Positions 26,098 through 35,698 of a stretch of 40,286 bases of DNA are shown one piece after another. Location: the sequence record KJ608188.1; one strand, given 5' to 3'. The position numbers were made by a program, and so were the translations under genes. The stretch is from Enterococcus phage EFC-1. Under the pieces are notes generated by a model, which was not told the origin of the DNA, made no database searches, and was given only the letters and a program-made list of their open reading frames with translations. Each line of letters opens with the position of its first letter. Position 1 is the stretch's first letter.

Positions 26098-26556
26098 ATG
26101 GTGGATACTTTTAAAATTTATAAAGGCCAAACCGAAGTTGTTTCTGGCACATCACCTTTAACTATAACAGGAATGGAACCTAACACCTCTGCGCCAGTTG
26201 GTGAGTACCAAGTAACTCGTGTTGTTAATGGGAAAGAATCAGAGCGAGTAGATATTCCAGCTTTTAAAACATTGTCTATTGCTGTAACTGGCTTAGAGTT
26301 TTCTCCTAAAACATCAACAGCAGATGCGGGTACTGCAGGTAGCCGACAAATCACAGCAACTGTCTTGCCTGAAAATGCAACCAACAAAAAAGTAACCTAT
26401 AAGATTACGCCTGAAACAGAAGGTCTTGCTGTCTCTGAAACAGGAAATATTACTTGGACAGAAGCGGTACCGTCTGGTGTTTATACCACAACAGGAACAA
26501 CAGAGGATGGTAAAAAAACAGCTCAACACACCTTAACATTGAATAATCAAGCTTAA
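26098..26556 (+). CDS. Ig-like (Big_2-type) domain protein, probable tail tube decoration
   Basis: SIAVTGLEFSPKTSTADAGTAGSRQITATVLPENATNKKVTYKI is a Big_2-like bacterial Ig fold signature. Confidence 0.55.
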   Translation: MVDTFKIYKGQTEVVSGTSPLTITGMEPNTSAPVGEYQVTRVVNGKESERVDIPAFKTLSIAVTGLEFSPKTSTADAGTAGSRQITATVLPENATNKKVTYKITPETEGLAVSETGNITWTEAVPSGVYTTTGTTEDGKKTAQHTLTLNNQA

Positions 26557-26570
26557 AATATAAATTTAGA

Positions 26571-26597
26571 GGGCAGCTTAGCGGCTGTCCTTTTCTT
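26571..26597 (+). terminator. intra-operon stem-loop/terminator (7-bp stem GGGCAGC/GCTGTCC, T-rich tail)
   Basis: GGGCAGC ttagcg GCTGTCC TTTTCTT between the Ig-like gene and the tail chaperone gene. Confidence 0.4.
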
Positions 26598-26611
26598 ATG
26601 GAGGAAAAGAC

Positions 26612-26962
26612 ATGCAAATCGAAATTAAAGGAAAAAAATATAACTGTATTTTTGGAGTCAAGTTTATTCGTGAATTGGATAAGCAGCATGGGGTAGTTCG
26701 TAATGATGTGAATCTTGGAATGGGGTTAACAACATTATTACCGCAGCTAGTAAGTGGAAATATCGTTGTTCTATCTGATGTACTTTACACAGCTACTATT
26801 ACAGAAAAAAGTAGACCTTCTAAGGATGAAGTAGATGAGTTTGTTGAAACTGTTGATGATATTGAGGCGTTATTTGATGAAACGTTGAAAAACTTAGAAG
26901 AAAGCAATGCGGGAAAGTTAACGGTCAGAAATTTCAAGAAAGCTCTGATGGAGAACAAGTAA
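26612..26962 (+). CDS. tail assembly chaperone (gpG-like)
   Basis: 116 aa directly upstream of the tape measure. Contains G GGA AAG at 26911-26917 in the 0-frame register. Confidence 0.6.
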   Translation: MQIEIKGKKYNCIFGVKFIRELDKQHGVVRNDVNLGMGLTTLLPQLVSGNIVVLSDVLYTATITEKSRPSKDEVDEFVETVDDIEALFDETLKNLEESNAGKLTVRNFKKALMENK

Positions 26963-27312
26963 GAGAGGAACTAAGCTCAGCTGAAGCTTATGAAAATATT
27001 CTTATTAATTGTTTTCGTTACCTAGAAATTACTGATTTATCAGAAATCGAACGAATGACTTTGTATGAATATGAAGTTAGGCTATTGGCGTTTCAGTTAA
27101 AAAGACTTGACCATGAAAGAGACCTCTATCTCCAATCTTGGCTAAATAACCAAATTAAGGCGACTAAAGGTAAAAAATCTGAACCTTATTATAAGGAATT
27201 CAATAAGTTTTTCAATTATGAAGAACGAGAGAAGCTTATTTTGGGTAAATCATTAATTGATGAAAAAGTTGATATAGGAGCAATTGATTTATTAAGAAAA
27301 GCAAATAAGTAG
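26612..27312 (+). CDS. tail assembly chaperone frameshift fusion (gpGT-like) via -1 slip at GGGAAAG 26911-26917
   Basis: The -1 frame is open from 26881 through the track ORF 27055..27312 to the stop at 27310-27312. Classic G/GT arrangement. The internal ATG at 27055 is probably not an independent start. Confidence 0.5.
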
Positions 27313-27327
27313 GAAAGGAGGAAAATA

Positions 27328-30300
27328 ATGGAATCATATTCAGTCGAAGCAATACTTACTGCCACTGATAGAACGTTTAGTAGCACGATGAGTAGCGCTG
27401 AACGTTCTATGGCTGGTGTAAACAAGCAATCTGGTGAACTAGGGGATGGATTGGATAAAAGCACCACTAAAGGTAATCAATTAGGCAAGTCAATTCTTAG
27501 TATTGGAGCAGGTGTGGGTGCAGTAAAATTAGTATCTACGGCCGTAAATATGGTTAAGGATTCTGTTGAAGGAGCTATTAACCGTTTTGATACGTTGAAT
27601 AAGTATCCTGTAGTTATGAAGGCTCTAGGTTACTCAACAGAAGATGTTGATCGGTCCATGAACAAACTATCTGATGGGATTGATGGATTACCAACATCCC
27701 TCGATGAAATTGTGTCTAGTACGCAACAACTATCGATTTCAACTGGTAGCTTGAGTAAAGGAACTGACACAGCTATTGCATTAAATGATGCCTTTCTTGC
27801 TTCTGGAGCTTCAACTGCTGATGCAACTCGTGGTATGCAACAATATATTCAAATGCTCGGTAAGGGTGAAGTTGATATGCAGTCTTGGCGAACATTACAA
27901 GAAACAATGCCGATTGCGATGGATAAAGTTGCTAAGTCTTTCAAAGAACAAGGTGTAAACTCAGTTAACCAATTATACGATGCCTTAAAAGAAGGAGATA
28001 TTACATTTAATGAGTTCAATAATCGTTTGATTGAGTTGGACAAAGGCGTAGGTGGTTTTGCGGATTTAGCCAAGAAAAACTCAAAAGGTATCAAGACCTC
28101 ATGGGCAAATATTAAAACAGCCACCGTTAAAGGTGTAACTACAGTTATTAAATCATTTGATGAATTATCCAAAGCAGTGACAGGAAAAAATATTGCCGAA
28201 AATTTGGACTCTTTAAAAAATGTAGTGAATATAACTTTTAAGGCAATTGATGCAGCGATTCAATCAACTATTCCATTGATGAAACTATTCGGAAAAGCAA
28301 TTACGTCAATAGGTACAGCCTTAACACCATTACTACCAACAATTGCCAGTTTTGCTGCTACCTTCACAGCATTGAAAGTAATTCAGCAAGTGACAGGCTA
28401 TATAAAGCAATCTGAATTGGCAATCAAAGCTTATACAACCGCAATAAGTTTATACAATGGAATATCAAAACTGGCTACGTTATCTACTACAGCACTCGGA
28501 AGAGCATGGATGTTAAACTTAGCAGCCGATAAAGCCAATTCTGCAGCAATAGCAATAAAAACTGGTCTTTTAGTGGCGCAAAATACAATCGTTGGTGTTT
28601 TGACGGGAACAATTAGTTTAGCTACAGTAGCTACAACTGTTTTTAGTACCGCTATGAAATTGTTATTGGGCCCTATTGGTTGGGTAACAGCCGCAATAGG
28701 AGGACTAGTAGCTGTAGGGGTAAACTTGTGGAAGTGGTTAAATAAGGAAACTGAATCAACTAAGGCAGTTAAAAAAGAACAAGAAAACCTTATGAAAACC
28801 ACAGATGACCTGATTAAAAAGAATCAAGAACATACCCAATCACGAAAAGATGAAGCTATTGAATTGGATAATACTAAAGAAAAATTCCAATCTATGATTT
28901 CTGAAATGGAAATGCTCTCTGCTAAAGAAAAATTAAGCAACAGCGAGAAAAAACGTATGGTGGAAATTGTAGAGGAATTGAACGGTAAAATGACAGGTTT
29001 AAACTTAGTTTATGACGATCAAAAAAATATTTTATCTGAAATGCCTGGAACAATTCAACAACAAGTTGATGCCTATAATGCTTTAGATGAAGCTTCTCAA
29101 GCTCAAGAAAACATTAATCAAATGTTAAAAGAACGAAATGATAATGAAGCGAAGCTGATGGAAATCAATGCCGCTAGAGAAAAATGGAATCAGACATTAA
29201 AAGAATCTGGCGGGAATACAAAAGAAGCTCGTGAAAATATTGAAAAGTTGGGCGAGCAAGAGCAAGTGTTAAAGGGCGTTCAACAGGAATTAACGAATGA
29301 AATTATAAATACAGCTAATGCCCATGAACAATCAATGCAGCGTGCAAGCCAAGCTGTGGAAAATGGTGTGTTAAATCAAACAGTTTCATACAATGCTTTA
29401 AGTGGTAAGACGAAAGAAACAATGGATGCAATGCGTTCAGAATATTCATCACTTGAAGAAAAAGTAGGGAGTGCCTTTGATGTTATCCAGCAAAAACAAG
29501 CTATTTCAGTTGATCAAATGGCTGAAAATTTACAAAAAAATCAAGAAGCTGTTAGCCAATGGAGCACTAACATTGCTGCGTTAGCACAGCGAGGAGTAGA
29601 TGAAGGGCTTTTAGAGCAACTACGGAAAATGGGTCCTGAAGGTGCTGCTCAAGCGGCAGAATTAGTTAATTCTTCAGATGAACAATTACAACGCTTAAAT
29701 GATGTTTATCGTAATACAGGCGAAACTTCCATGAACGCAATGAAAGAAGGTTACCAGTTAGGTAAAAATGGTGTTAATGAGGAAATAGCGAGCTTAATCC
29801 CAACTCAAAAAGAAACGTTGATGACTCAAATTAAGAATACAGACTTTAACAGCGTGGGTCTAAGTGTAACCGAAAACTTTAAAGCAGGTATTGAGAATGG
29901 ACGTACAGCAGTCGAAGAAATGACCAAAGGAATTGTTCCTAAAGTCGGGGAAGACATGAAAAGCGAAGTCCAAAAAGCTGATTTCAGAGGTATTGGTAAG
30001 TCCATTCCTCAAGGATTAGAAAAAGGTGTTGACGACGGCAAAGGAGTTCCTGTAAAAACATCTAATCAAATGATTGATGATATTGTTTCTGGTGCCAGAA
30101 AAGGTTTAGATTCTCACTCTCCTTCTCGTGTATTTCACTCAATTGGTGAAGATGTTGATTCTGGATTATCAAACGGTATCGAACAAAACGCAATGAATCC
30201 AGTAAGAGCTGTGGAGGCGATTGTTGATAAAATAATTTCTGCAATGGATAAATTGCCATCAGAAATGAATTCTATTGGTGCAAATGCAATTGATGGATTG

Positions 30301-30735
30301 ACTAATGGCATTAATGCTAATGCTAATAGCGCTTTAGCCGCAGCAAGAGGTGTGGCAGATCAAATTGTAAGTACAATGAAAAGCGCTATGGATATTCATT
30401 CTCCATCACGTGTAATGCGTGATGAAGTAGGTAAAATGATTCCAGCAGGAGTAGCGGTTGGTATTGATAAATATTCAAACTTTGTAGAAAAATCCATGCA
30501 ACGACTAAGTAAAAAGGTAGCCATGCCAGCGCTAGATAATTTAAATTCAAATCTGTCATTTAGTGGAGGATCACAAAGCTTAGCATTTGCTGGAGATGTA
30601 TCTTCAAAATTCACTGTAGAGGTACCTGTTATTTTCGATAGTTCAGAGGTTGCAAGGGTTATTGCTAAACCAATGAGTAAAGAATTACAGAATCAACAAG
30701 ATAAAAAGAATGTTTCTTTAGGAAGGAGGCGCTAA
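27328..30735 (+). CDS. tape measure protein
   Basis: 1135 aa. Hydrophobic mid-section. Long coiled-coil region. C-terminal repeated HSPSRVF/HSPSRVM motifs. Position. Confidence 0.85.
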   Translation: MESYSVEAILTATDRTFSSTMSSAERSMAGVNKQSGELGDGLDKSTTKGNQLGKSILSIGAGVGAVKLVSTAVNMVKDSVEGAINRFDTLNKYPVVMKALGYSTEDVDRSMNKLSDGIDGLPTSLDEIVSSTQQLSISTGSLSKGTDTAIALNDAFLASGASTADATRGMQQYIQMLGKGEVDMQSWRTLQETMPIAMDKVAKSFKEQGVNSVNQLYDALKEGDITFNEFNNRLIELDKGVGGFADLAKKNSKGIKTSWANIKTATVKGVTTVIKSFDELSKAVTGKNIAENLDSLKNVVNITFKAIDAAIQSTIPLMKLFGKAITSIGTALTPLLPTIASFAATFTALKVIQQVTGYIKQSELAIKAYTTAISLYNGISKLATLSTTALGRAWMLNLAADKANSAAIAIKTGLLVAQNTIVGVLTGTISLATVATTVFSTAMKLLLGPIGWVTAAIGGLVAVGVNLWKWLNKETESTKAVKKEQENLMKTTDDLIKKNQEHTQSRKDEAIELDNTKEKFQSMISEMEMLSAKEKLSNSEKKRMVEIVEELNGKMTGLNLVYDDQKNILSEMPGTIQQQVDAYNALDEASQAQENINQMLKERNDNEAKLMEINAAREKWNQTLKESGGNTKEARENIEKLGEQEQVLKGVQQELTNEIINTANAHEQSMQRASQAVENGVLNQTVSYNALSGKTKETMDAMRSEYSSLEEKVGSAFDVIQQKQAISVDQMAENLQKNQEAVSQWSTNIAALAQRGVDEGLLEQLRKMGPEGAAQAAELVNSSDEQLQRLNDVYRNTGETSMNAMKEGYQLGKNGVNEEIASLIPTQKETLMTQIKNTDFNSVGLSVTENFKAGIENGRTAVEEMTKGIVPKVGEDMKSEVQKADFRGIGKSIPQGLEKGVDDGKGVPVKTSNQMIDDIVSGARKGLDSHSPSRVFHSIGEDVDSGLSNGIEQNAMNPVRAVEAIVDKIISAMDKLPSEMNSIGANAIDGLTNGINANANSALAAARGVADQIVSTMKSAMDIHSPSRVMRDEVGKMIPAGVAVGIDKYSNFVEKSMQRLSKKVAMPALDNLNSNLSFSGGSQSLAFAGDVSSKFTVEVPVIFDSSEVARVIAKPMSKELQNQQDKKNVSLGRRR

Positions 30736-31665
30736 ATGTTATACAACTTTATTGATGTAAATGAACAACAAACAAAAGCCTCTTTGCCTTCGGAAGCCAT
30801 GAATTTTAATGGTTTTTTTTTAGAAGATTTAGTTCCAGGTTATAGAACATTATCTGTTGTTGGAAGAGAGTTAGCTCCTACTGAGATACAAAGCTACCAG
30901 TTGGGAATTCGTGATGGAATGCGACATGTTTATGCTCGTATTCCAGAAAGAGAATTAACGGTTAAATTCAAAGTTGAGGCTAACTCTAACGAAGCTTTTA
31001 GGGATTCTTTTAATAGACTAAATGTTGCTTTGTTCACAGAAAAAGATGTACAGATTTGGTTTAATGATGAACCAGAAATGCTTTGGTCAGGTAGCAAGTC
31101 AGACATTGATGCAGTTCCTGAAGGATTGAATCGTGTCGTTGGTACATTTACAATCTTGTTGAATAATCCATATAAATATACTCGAAGCGATGCTACTAGT
31201 GTTATGTGGGGTTCTACAGAAATAACGTTTCAGGCTAACTATCTTATGGGTAATACTGGATCAGGGGCTGTTGACTTACCTATTGTTATCGAAGGTGGGG
31301 CTTATTGGGGTTCTACCATGATTACTTTTCAAAACCGTTCCTATCTAATGGGCGATAATGGTCAAGAAGTGAAGCCTATTGAAATATATCCAACTGTCGA
31401 AGGGTTAAAAGTAAAACCGATTATTACTATAAAAGGTACTGGTAGAGGCGTGTGGATAAAAACTAGAAGCGATACTATTGATATTGGTGATTTTGATAAG
31501 TCAGAAATAGTAATAGATACAGAACAGTTTAATATTACGAAAAATGGGAAGCCGATGATTCGTCCTATGAACGATTTTTATATTTATCCAAATGAGCCAC
31601 TATACATCCAAGCGAAAGATAGTACTTTTAATCTAACTATTCGATATCCAAATCGTTTCTTATAG
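30736..31665 (+). CDS. distal tail protein (Dit)
   Basis: 309 aa immediately after the TMP; siphovirus tail component order. Confidence 0.6.
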   Translation: MLYNFIDVNEQQTKASLPSEAMNFNGFFLEDLVPGYRTLSVVGRELAPTEIQSYQLGIRDGMRHVYARIPERELTVKFKVEANSNEAFRDSFNRLNVALFTEKDVQIWFNDEPEMLWSGSKSDIDAVPEGLNRVVGTFTILLNNPYKYTRSDATSVMWGSTEITFQANYLMGNTGSGAVDLPIVIEGGAYWGSTMITFQNRSYLMGDNGQEVKPIEIYPTVEGLKVKPIITIKGTGRGVWIKTRSDTIDIGDFDKSEIVIDTEQFNITKNGKPMIRPMNDFYIYPNEPLYIQAKDSTFNLTIRYPNRFL

Positions 31666-31681
31666 GAGGTGTTACTAAAAT

Positions 31682-33700
31682 ATGTTGATGGCAATGGATT
31701 TAAAAAGAGAATATACGGCAGTTTTAGATAACGCTTATAATGTTGGATATGAAAAAATTGAAAACCAAATAGGTAATCTAGAATTTTCAATGCCGTTGGA
31801 TGATCCTAAAAATGAATTTTTGCAAGAAATGTTATGGGTTGAGCTAACAGATAATGAGAATGAATATATAGGGTTATACCGGGTTATGCCTTCAACTGTT
31901 CGCAAAGATGCTAGTAACAATTTAATCACGTATACGGCAAATGAAGCCCTGTGTACTTTGCTAGACACAGTTCTTTTTGGTTATCATGAACTAGTGAATC
32001 GAAAAACGGTTGATGTTATTAACTATCTTTTGAATAAACAAAGGACAAAACACTGGGTTTTAAAAAAATGTGAATTCACTCGGTATTTTAGTTATGCATG
32101 GGAAAATGAAAATGGTCTCGCTGATGCCTTGTTTAGTATTCCTCAAGCATTTGACGAAGACTATATGTGGCAATGGAATACCAAAGTTTATCCATTCGAA
32201 TTATCCTTAGTGAAGCCACCAAAAGAACCTGTTGCTCGTATTCAAGAAGGATATAATATGCAAGGGTTTGAGATTGAAAGAGATCCTAACAATTTAGTTA
32301 ATCGAGTTTATCCTTTAGGTGCTGGTGAAGGCGTCAATCAGATAAATATTAAATCGGTAAATAAAAATATTCCTTATGTAGAAGATGCAAAGTCTATAAA
32401 AGAACATGGGTTAGTTGAATATGTTTGGGTAGACCAACGATTCACAGTTCCACAAGCTTTAAAAGACAATGCAATCAACATGTTAAAAAAATGGGCACAA
32501 CCTAAAATTTCTTGGGATGTGACTGCGGCTGATTTATTGAAATTAACAGATGAACCTTTGAGCATTGATAAGTTAAGACAAGGAACTGTGATTATGATTA
32601 ACACCGATGATTTTGGAAGTATAAATTTGCGTATTAAAAAAGAAACAAAACAGGATGTATTTGGCGCCCCACAAGATATTCAGTTAGAGCTTGGTAACTT
32701 ATCTGACGATTTTACCACGACAATGTCTGATTTGAAACGCAAACAGGAAATAAATGAGACATACTCGCAAGGTGCAACGAATATTTTGAACTATAGTTAT
32801 CAAGATAACTGCGAAAAGGCATACCCAGCAGAAATTGAATTCTTCTTAGATGATGATGTATTTCATGTAAATACTGTGGAACTGACTTTTAAAACTAAGC
32901 GCTATCGTGGTTATACAAAAGCCGTAAAAGGCGGTGGAGCTACAGTAAAAAGTACGTCAGCAGGTGGAGCTTCAACACAAACGAGTTCAGCCGGTGGTGG
33001 AAGTGTCGTTTCAAGTTCAGCTGGAGGAGGCTATTCTAGCGGATCCACCACAGGCGGCGGAGGAGGTAGTATTCAATCTAGTTCCGTAAATGGTCAAAGT
33101 TCACAAACAAGTTCAGCAGGTGGAGATCATAATCACCTAGTTGCATCTAATAATGGTAGCACTGAATCAAGTGCATTTTATCGAGAAATGGATGCGGGAT
33201 CAGGTATGAGATTTAGACTGATGTCGACTGCATCAACAGATTGGTACACAAAGACGAGCTCAGGTAATCATACTCATAATGTAACTACACCAGCGCATTC
33301 CCACACTGTAAATACGCCTAATCATAGTCACAATTTTAATATTTCTATACCAAATCACACGCATAGTATATCGGTTCCTAGCCATAGTCACCAAGTAAGA
33401 ATACCGGCACATACACACCAAATTACTTTGCCTGATCATAGTCATCCATTAGAATGGGGAATTTATGAGGCACCAAGTAGCGCAACTAGTGTTGATATAG
33501 TTGTAGATGGTACCACCATTCCAGTACACGATACTAGCCAACAAAGACTCAACATTGTTAATTACCTTAGGAAAACTAGTGGAGGTAAGATTTCTAGAGG
33601 TAATCATACAATCAAGATAATACCTAACAAACTTGCACGAATCGAAGCGCAGGTTATTTGTCGTGTCTTTATACAATCACAATTAGGAGGACAATTTTAA
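31682..33700 (+). CDS. tail-associated lysin / tail tip protein (Tal) with Gly/Ser-rich linker and C-terminal H-x-H repeat fibre region
   Basis: 672 aa after Dit. G/S-rich stretch (aa ~415-470). Seven H-x-H units at ~9-aa spacing: HTHNVTTPA HSHTVNTPN HSHNF... HTHSISVPS HSHQVRIPA HTHQITLPD HSHPL. Confidence 0.6.
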   Translation: MLMAMDLKREYTAVLDNAYNVGYEKIENQIGNLEFSMPLDDPKNEFLQEMLWVELTDNENEYIGLYRVMPSTVRKDASNNLITYTANEALCTLLDTVLFGYHELVNRKTVDVINYLLNKQRTKHWVLKKCEFTRYFSYAWENENGLADALFSIPQAFDEDYMWQWNTKVYPFELSLVKPPKEPVARIQEGYNMQGFEIERDPNNLVNRVYPLGAGEGVNQINIKSVNKNIPYVEDAKSIKEHGLVEYVWVDQRFTVPQALKDNAINMLKKWAQPKISWDVTAADLLKLTDEPLSIDKLRQGTVIMINTDDFGSINLRIKKETKQDVFGAPQDIQLELGNLSDDFTTTMSDLKRKQEINETYSQGATNILNYSYQDNCEKAYPAEIEFFLDDDVFHVNTVELTFKTKRYRGYTKAVKGGGATVKSTSAGGASTQTSSAGGGSVVSSSAGGGYSSGSTTGGGGGSIQSSSVNGQSSQTSSAGGDHNHLVASNNGSTESSAFYREMDAGSGMRFRLMSTASTDWYTKTSSGNHTHNVTTPAHSHTVNTPNHSHNFNISIPNHTHSISVPSHSHQVRIPAHTHQITLPDHSHPLEWGIYEAPSSATSVDIVVDGTTIPVHDTSQQRLNIVNYLRKTSGGKISRGNHTIKIIPNKLARIEAQVICRVFIQSQLGGQF

Positions 33701-33874
33701 ATGAGATTAACAGTAAAACTAATTAGCAAACAAGAAGAATTTATAATTAATGATGAATCAGGTAAAACGTTAGATGATTATTTTGCAGAACTGATTGATA
33801 ATAGTTCGCCGTTCATCAAGATAGGAAATCGTATTTTACAAAAAGCCACGATTGAATACATTAATGCAGAATAG
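33701..33874 (+). CDS. small hypothetical protein (57 aa) between Tal and the receptor-binding protein
   Basis: ATG at 33701 with AGGAGG 10 nt upstream: MRLTVKLISKQEEFIINDESGKTLDDYFAELIDNSSPFIKIGNRILQKATIEYINAE. Below the track cutoff. Confidence 0.35.
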   Translation: MRLTVKLISKQEEFIINDESGKTLDDYFAELIDNSSPFIKIGNRILQKATIEYINAE

Positions 33875-33885
33875 GAGTGATGGAT

Positions 33886-35604
33886 ATGGCTATTGAACAA
33901 ATCAAAGAAACAGATACGCTAAATCAAGGTCGAATTAAAATTAATGCGATCTTGGATCAATCAAATGCTTCTGTAGAAAAAATAAAGGACTATCAAGATC
34001 AATTAACAACAGGGATTAATGACGCCAAAAAAATTGCTGCTGATGCTGGAAAAGAAGCCGTAAATATTGCAGAACAAGCAGGAAATAAAGCGAATGAAAC
34101 AGCGAATCAAGCAATGGCAAATTCACAAACAGCCATTAACACCTCTAATCAAGCGGTATCTACAGCAAACAACAATAAACAAGAATTTGATGCGCTACGA
34201 AACGATTTTGACAAACTTGTAGGTGAAGCAGGGGACAGTAATCCAGAAATCGTTCAAGCTCGAACTGATACGCAAGGAGTCACTCAGCCTACGTTAGCTA
34301 CTCGGTTACAGGTTGACTTTAATGACCGCATGACAAAATCTGAAGGTGTATCGTTACTTTCTGGAACAACAAACGTAAAAATACCTATGGATTTCACTGG
34401 AAAAACAGCGGGTAATACGGCAACAAATGCAAATCAATATTTTACCGATGTAACAGCTAAAGTACTAAAAAAACCAAAAGATACATGGAATGAGATTTCT
34501 CAATCTGATTACAACAAATTAGTAAGTCGTGATGATTCTGGCGTAAGCAGTGGTTCAACACAAAATGGCGTTATCCCACAACAGTTAGGTGTATTTAATG
34601 CTTTAGAAGCTGCAAAAAAAATAATTCCTCAAAATTTTGAAGGATTAAGTCAAGATGAAGCGGTAACTTTATTAAAAGATAGCTTTATCGCCTTTACTAT
34701 TAGTGAACGTGTTAAAGCCACTTCGCCTAATAACAAAACAATTAAAGTTTCTACTTATGTTGAATCAACGGACTCATGGACAACGCAAATTCAAGAAAAT
34801 GTTGGTGAATACAAAGATTTATCAGTACAAGTAACTGATAAAAATTTCATTACTAGGGAAGGTCTTATCTATCTAATTAGTTATACAGATCCATCAAATG
34901 GAGTGACAACAGCTAACTTGGATGTAGACTATTCAGCTATTCAATTAGAAATTAGTATTAATGCACAAGATGTTTTAGCAAAAAGTGGGTTTGTAAAAGG
35001 GGAACAATTAAAGGCGCATACGGAAAATCAAGAAAATCCACATAAAGTCACAGCAAATCAAGTTGGATTAGGTAATGTGAAAAATTATAGTTTCGCTTTA
35101 GATAGCGAAGCAGTTGCAGGGACATCAACGAGTAAATATATGCATCCTAAAAATGTTTCAGAAGCTATTAGTGGACAAGCGGTGACTCAAACTGGAGATC
35201 AAGAAATATCTGGAATAAAGGATTTTAAAGATGGAATTCAAGTAAAAGGAAAAGAGCCAGTCCTTACAAATGCTAAAGCAGATTATGCAATGGTAGATAA
35301 GGATAACAACGCTTCTGTGATGTCAGGTGGTTCTCTAAAATTATACCGACGGGGAGATCTGGTATATCTCACAGGATCATTCCAATTATCTGCTTTAAAA
35401 GATAACCAAGCGGTGTGGTTCAACATTCCGGCATGGGCATACCCGATTGAACCCGTTAGAATGTATGGGAGAACGAGTGGCGATAAAATGTGCTTAATTT
35501 ACATGAACCCAGCAGATAATGCAAATATCGTGTGCGTTGATAGTGTTTCAAAAGGAACCTGGATTACTATTTCAAGTTGTTGGATGGCTAAAAACCCATA
35601 CTAA
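33886..35604 (+). CDS. receptor-binding / baseplate upper protein (BppU-like tail fibre)
   Basis: N-terminal Q/N/A-rich helical region resembling the BppU N-terminal domain. Last structural gene before the lysis cassette. Track ORF 33877 trimmed to ATG 33886 (AGGAG spacing). Confidence 0.5.
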   Translation: MAIEQIKETDTLNQGRIKINAILDQSNASVEKIKDYQDQLTTGINDAKKIAADAGKEAVNIAEQAGNKANETANQAMANSQTAINTSNQAVSTANNNKQEFDALRNDFDKLVGEAGDSNPEIVQARTDTQGVTQPTLATRLQVDFNDRMTKSEGVSLLSGTTNVKIPMDFTGKTAGNTATNANQYFTDVTAKVLKKPKDTWNEISQSDYNKLVSRDDSGVSSGSTQNGVIPQQLGVFNALEAAKKIIPQNFEGLSQDEAVTLLKDSFIAFTISERVKATSPNNKTIKVSTYVESTDSWTTQIQENVGEYKDLSVQVTDKNFITREGLIYLISYTDPSNGVTTANLDVDYSAIQLEISINAQDVLAKSGFVKGEQLKAHTENQENPHKVTANQVGLGNVKNYSFALDSEAVAGTSTSKYMHPKNVSEAISGQAVTQTGDQEISGIKDFKDGIQVKGKEPVLTNAKADYAMVDKDNNASVMSGGSLKLYRRGDLVYLTGSFQLSALKDNQAVWFNIPAWAYPIEPVRMYGRTSGDKMCLIYMNPADNANIVCVDSVSKGTWITISSCWMAKNPY

Positions 35605-35650
35605 TATGGAGATACATTGTTAAATTATTTAATTGAAAAAATTGTGGAGA

Positions 35651-35680
35651 ACCGTCTAGCAAAAGCTAGGCGGTTTTTAT
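35651..35680 (+). terminator. rho-independent terminator (10-bp stem ACCGTCTAGC/GCTAGGCGGT, AAAA loop, T-run)
   Basis: ACCGTCTAGC aaaa GCTAGGCGGT TTTTATTATT after the fibre gene. Confidence 0.6.
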
Positions 35681-35698
35681 TATTGGAAGGTGGAAAAT

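Noticed and set aside
27055-27312. Independent 85-aa ORF starting at ATG 27055
   Set aside because: Its frame is open far upstream (from 26881) and connects to the chaperone gene through GGGAAAG; treated as the frameshifted GT part and not as a separate gene
27216-33676. Numerous short minus-strand ORFs inside the tape measure, Dit and Tal genes
   Set aside because: All antisense to long, well-supported structural genes
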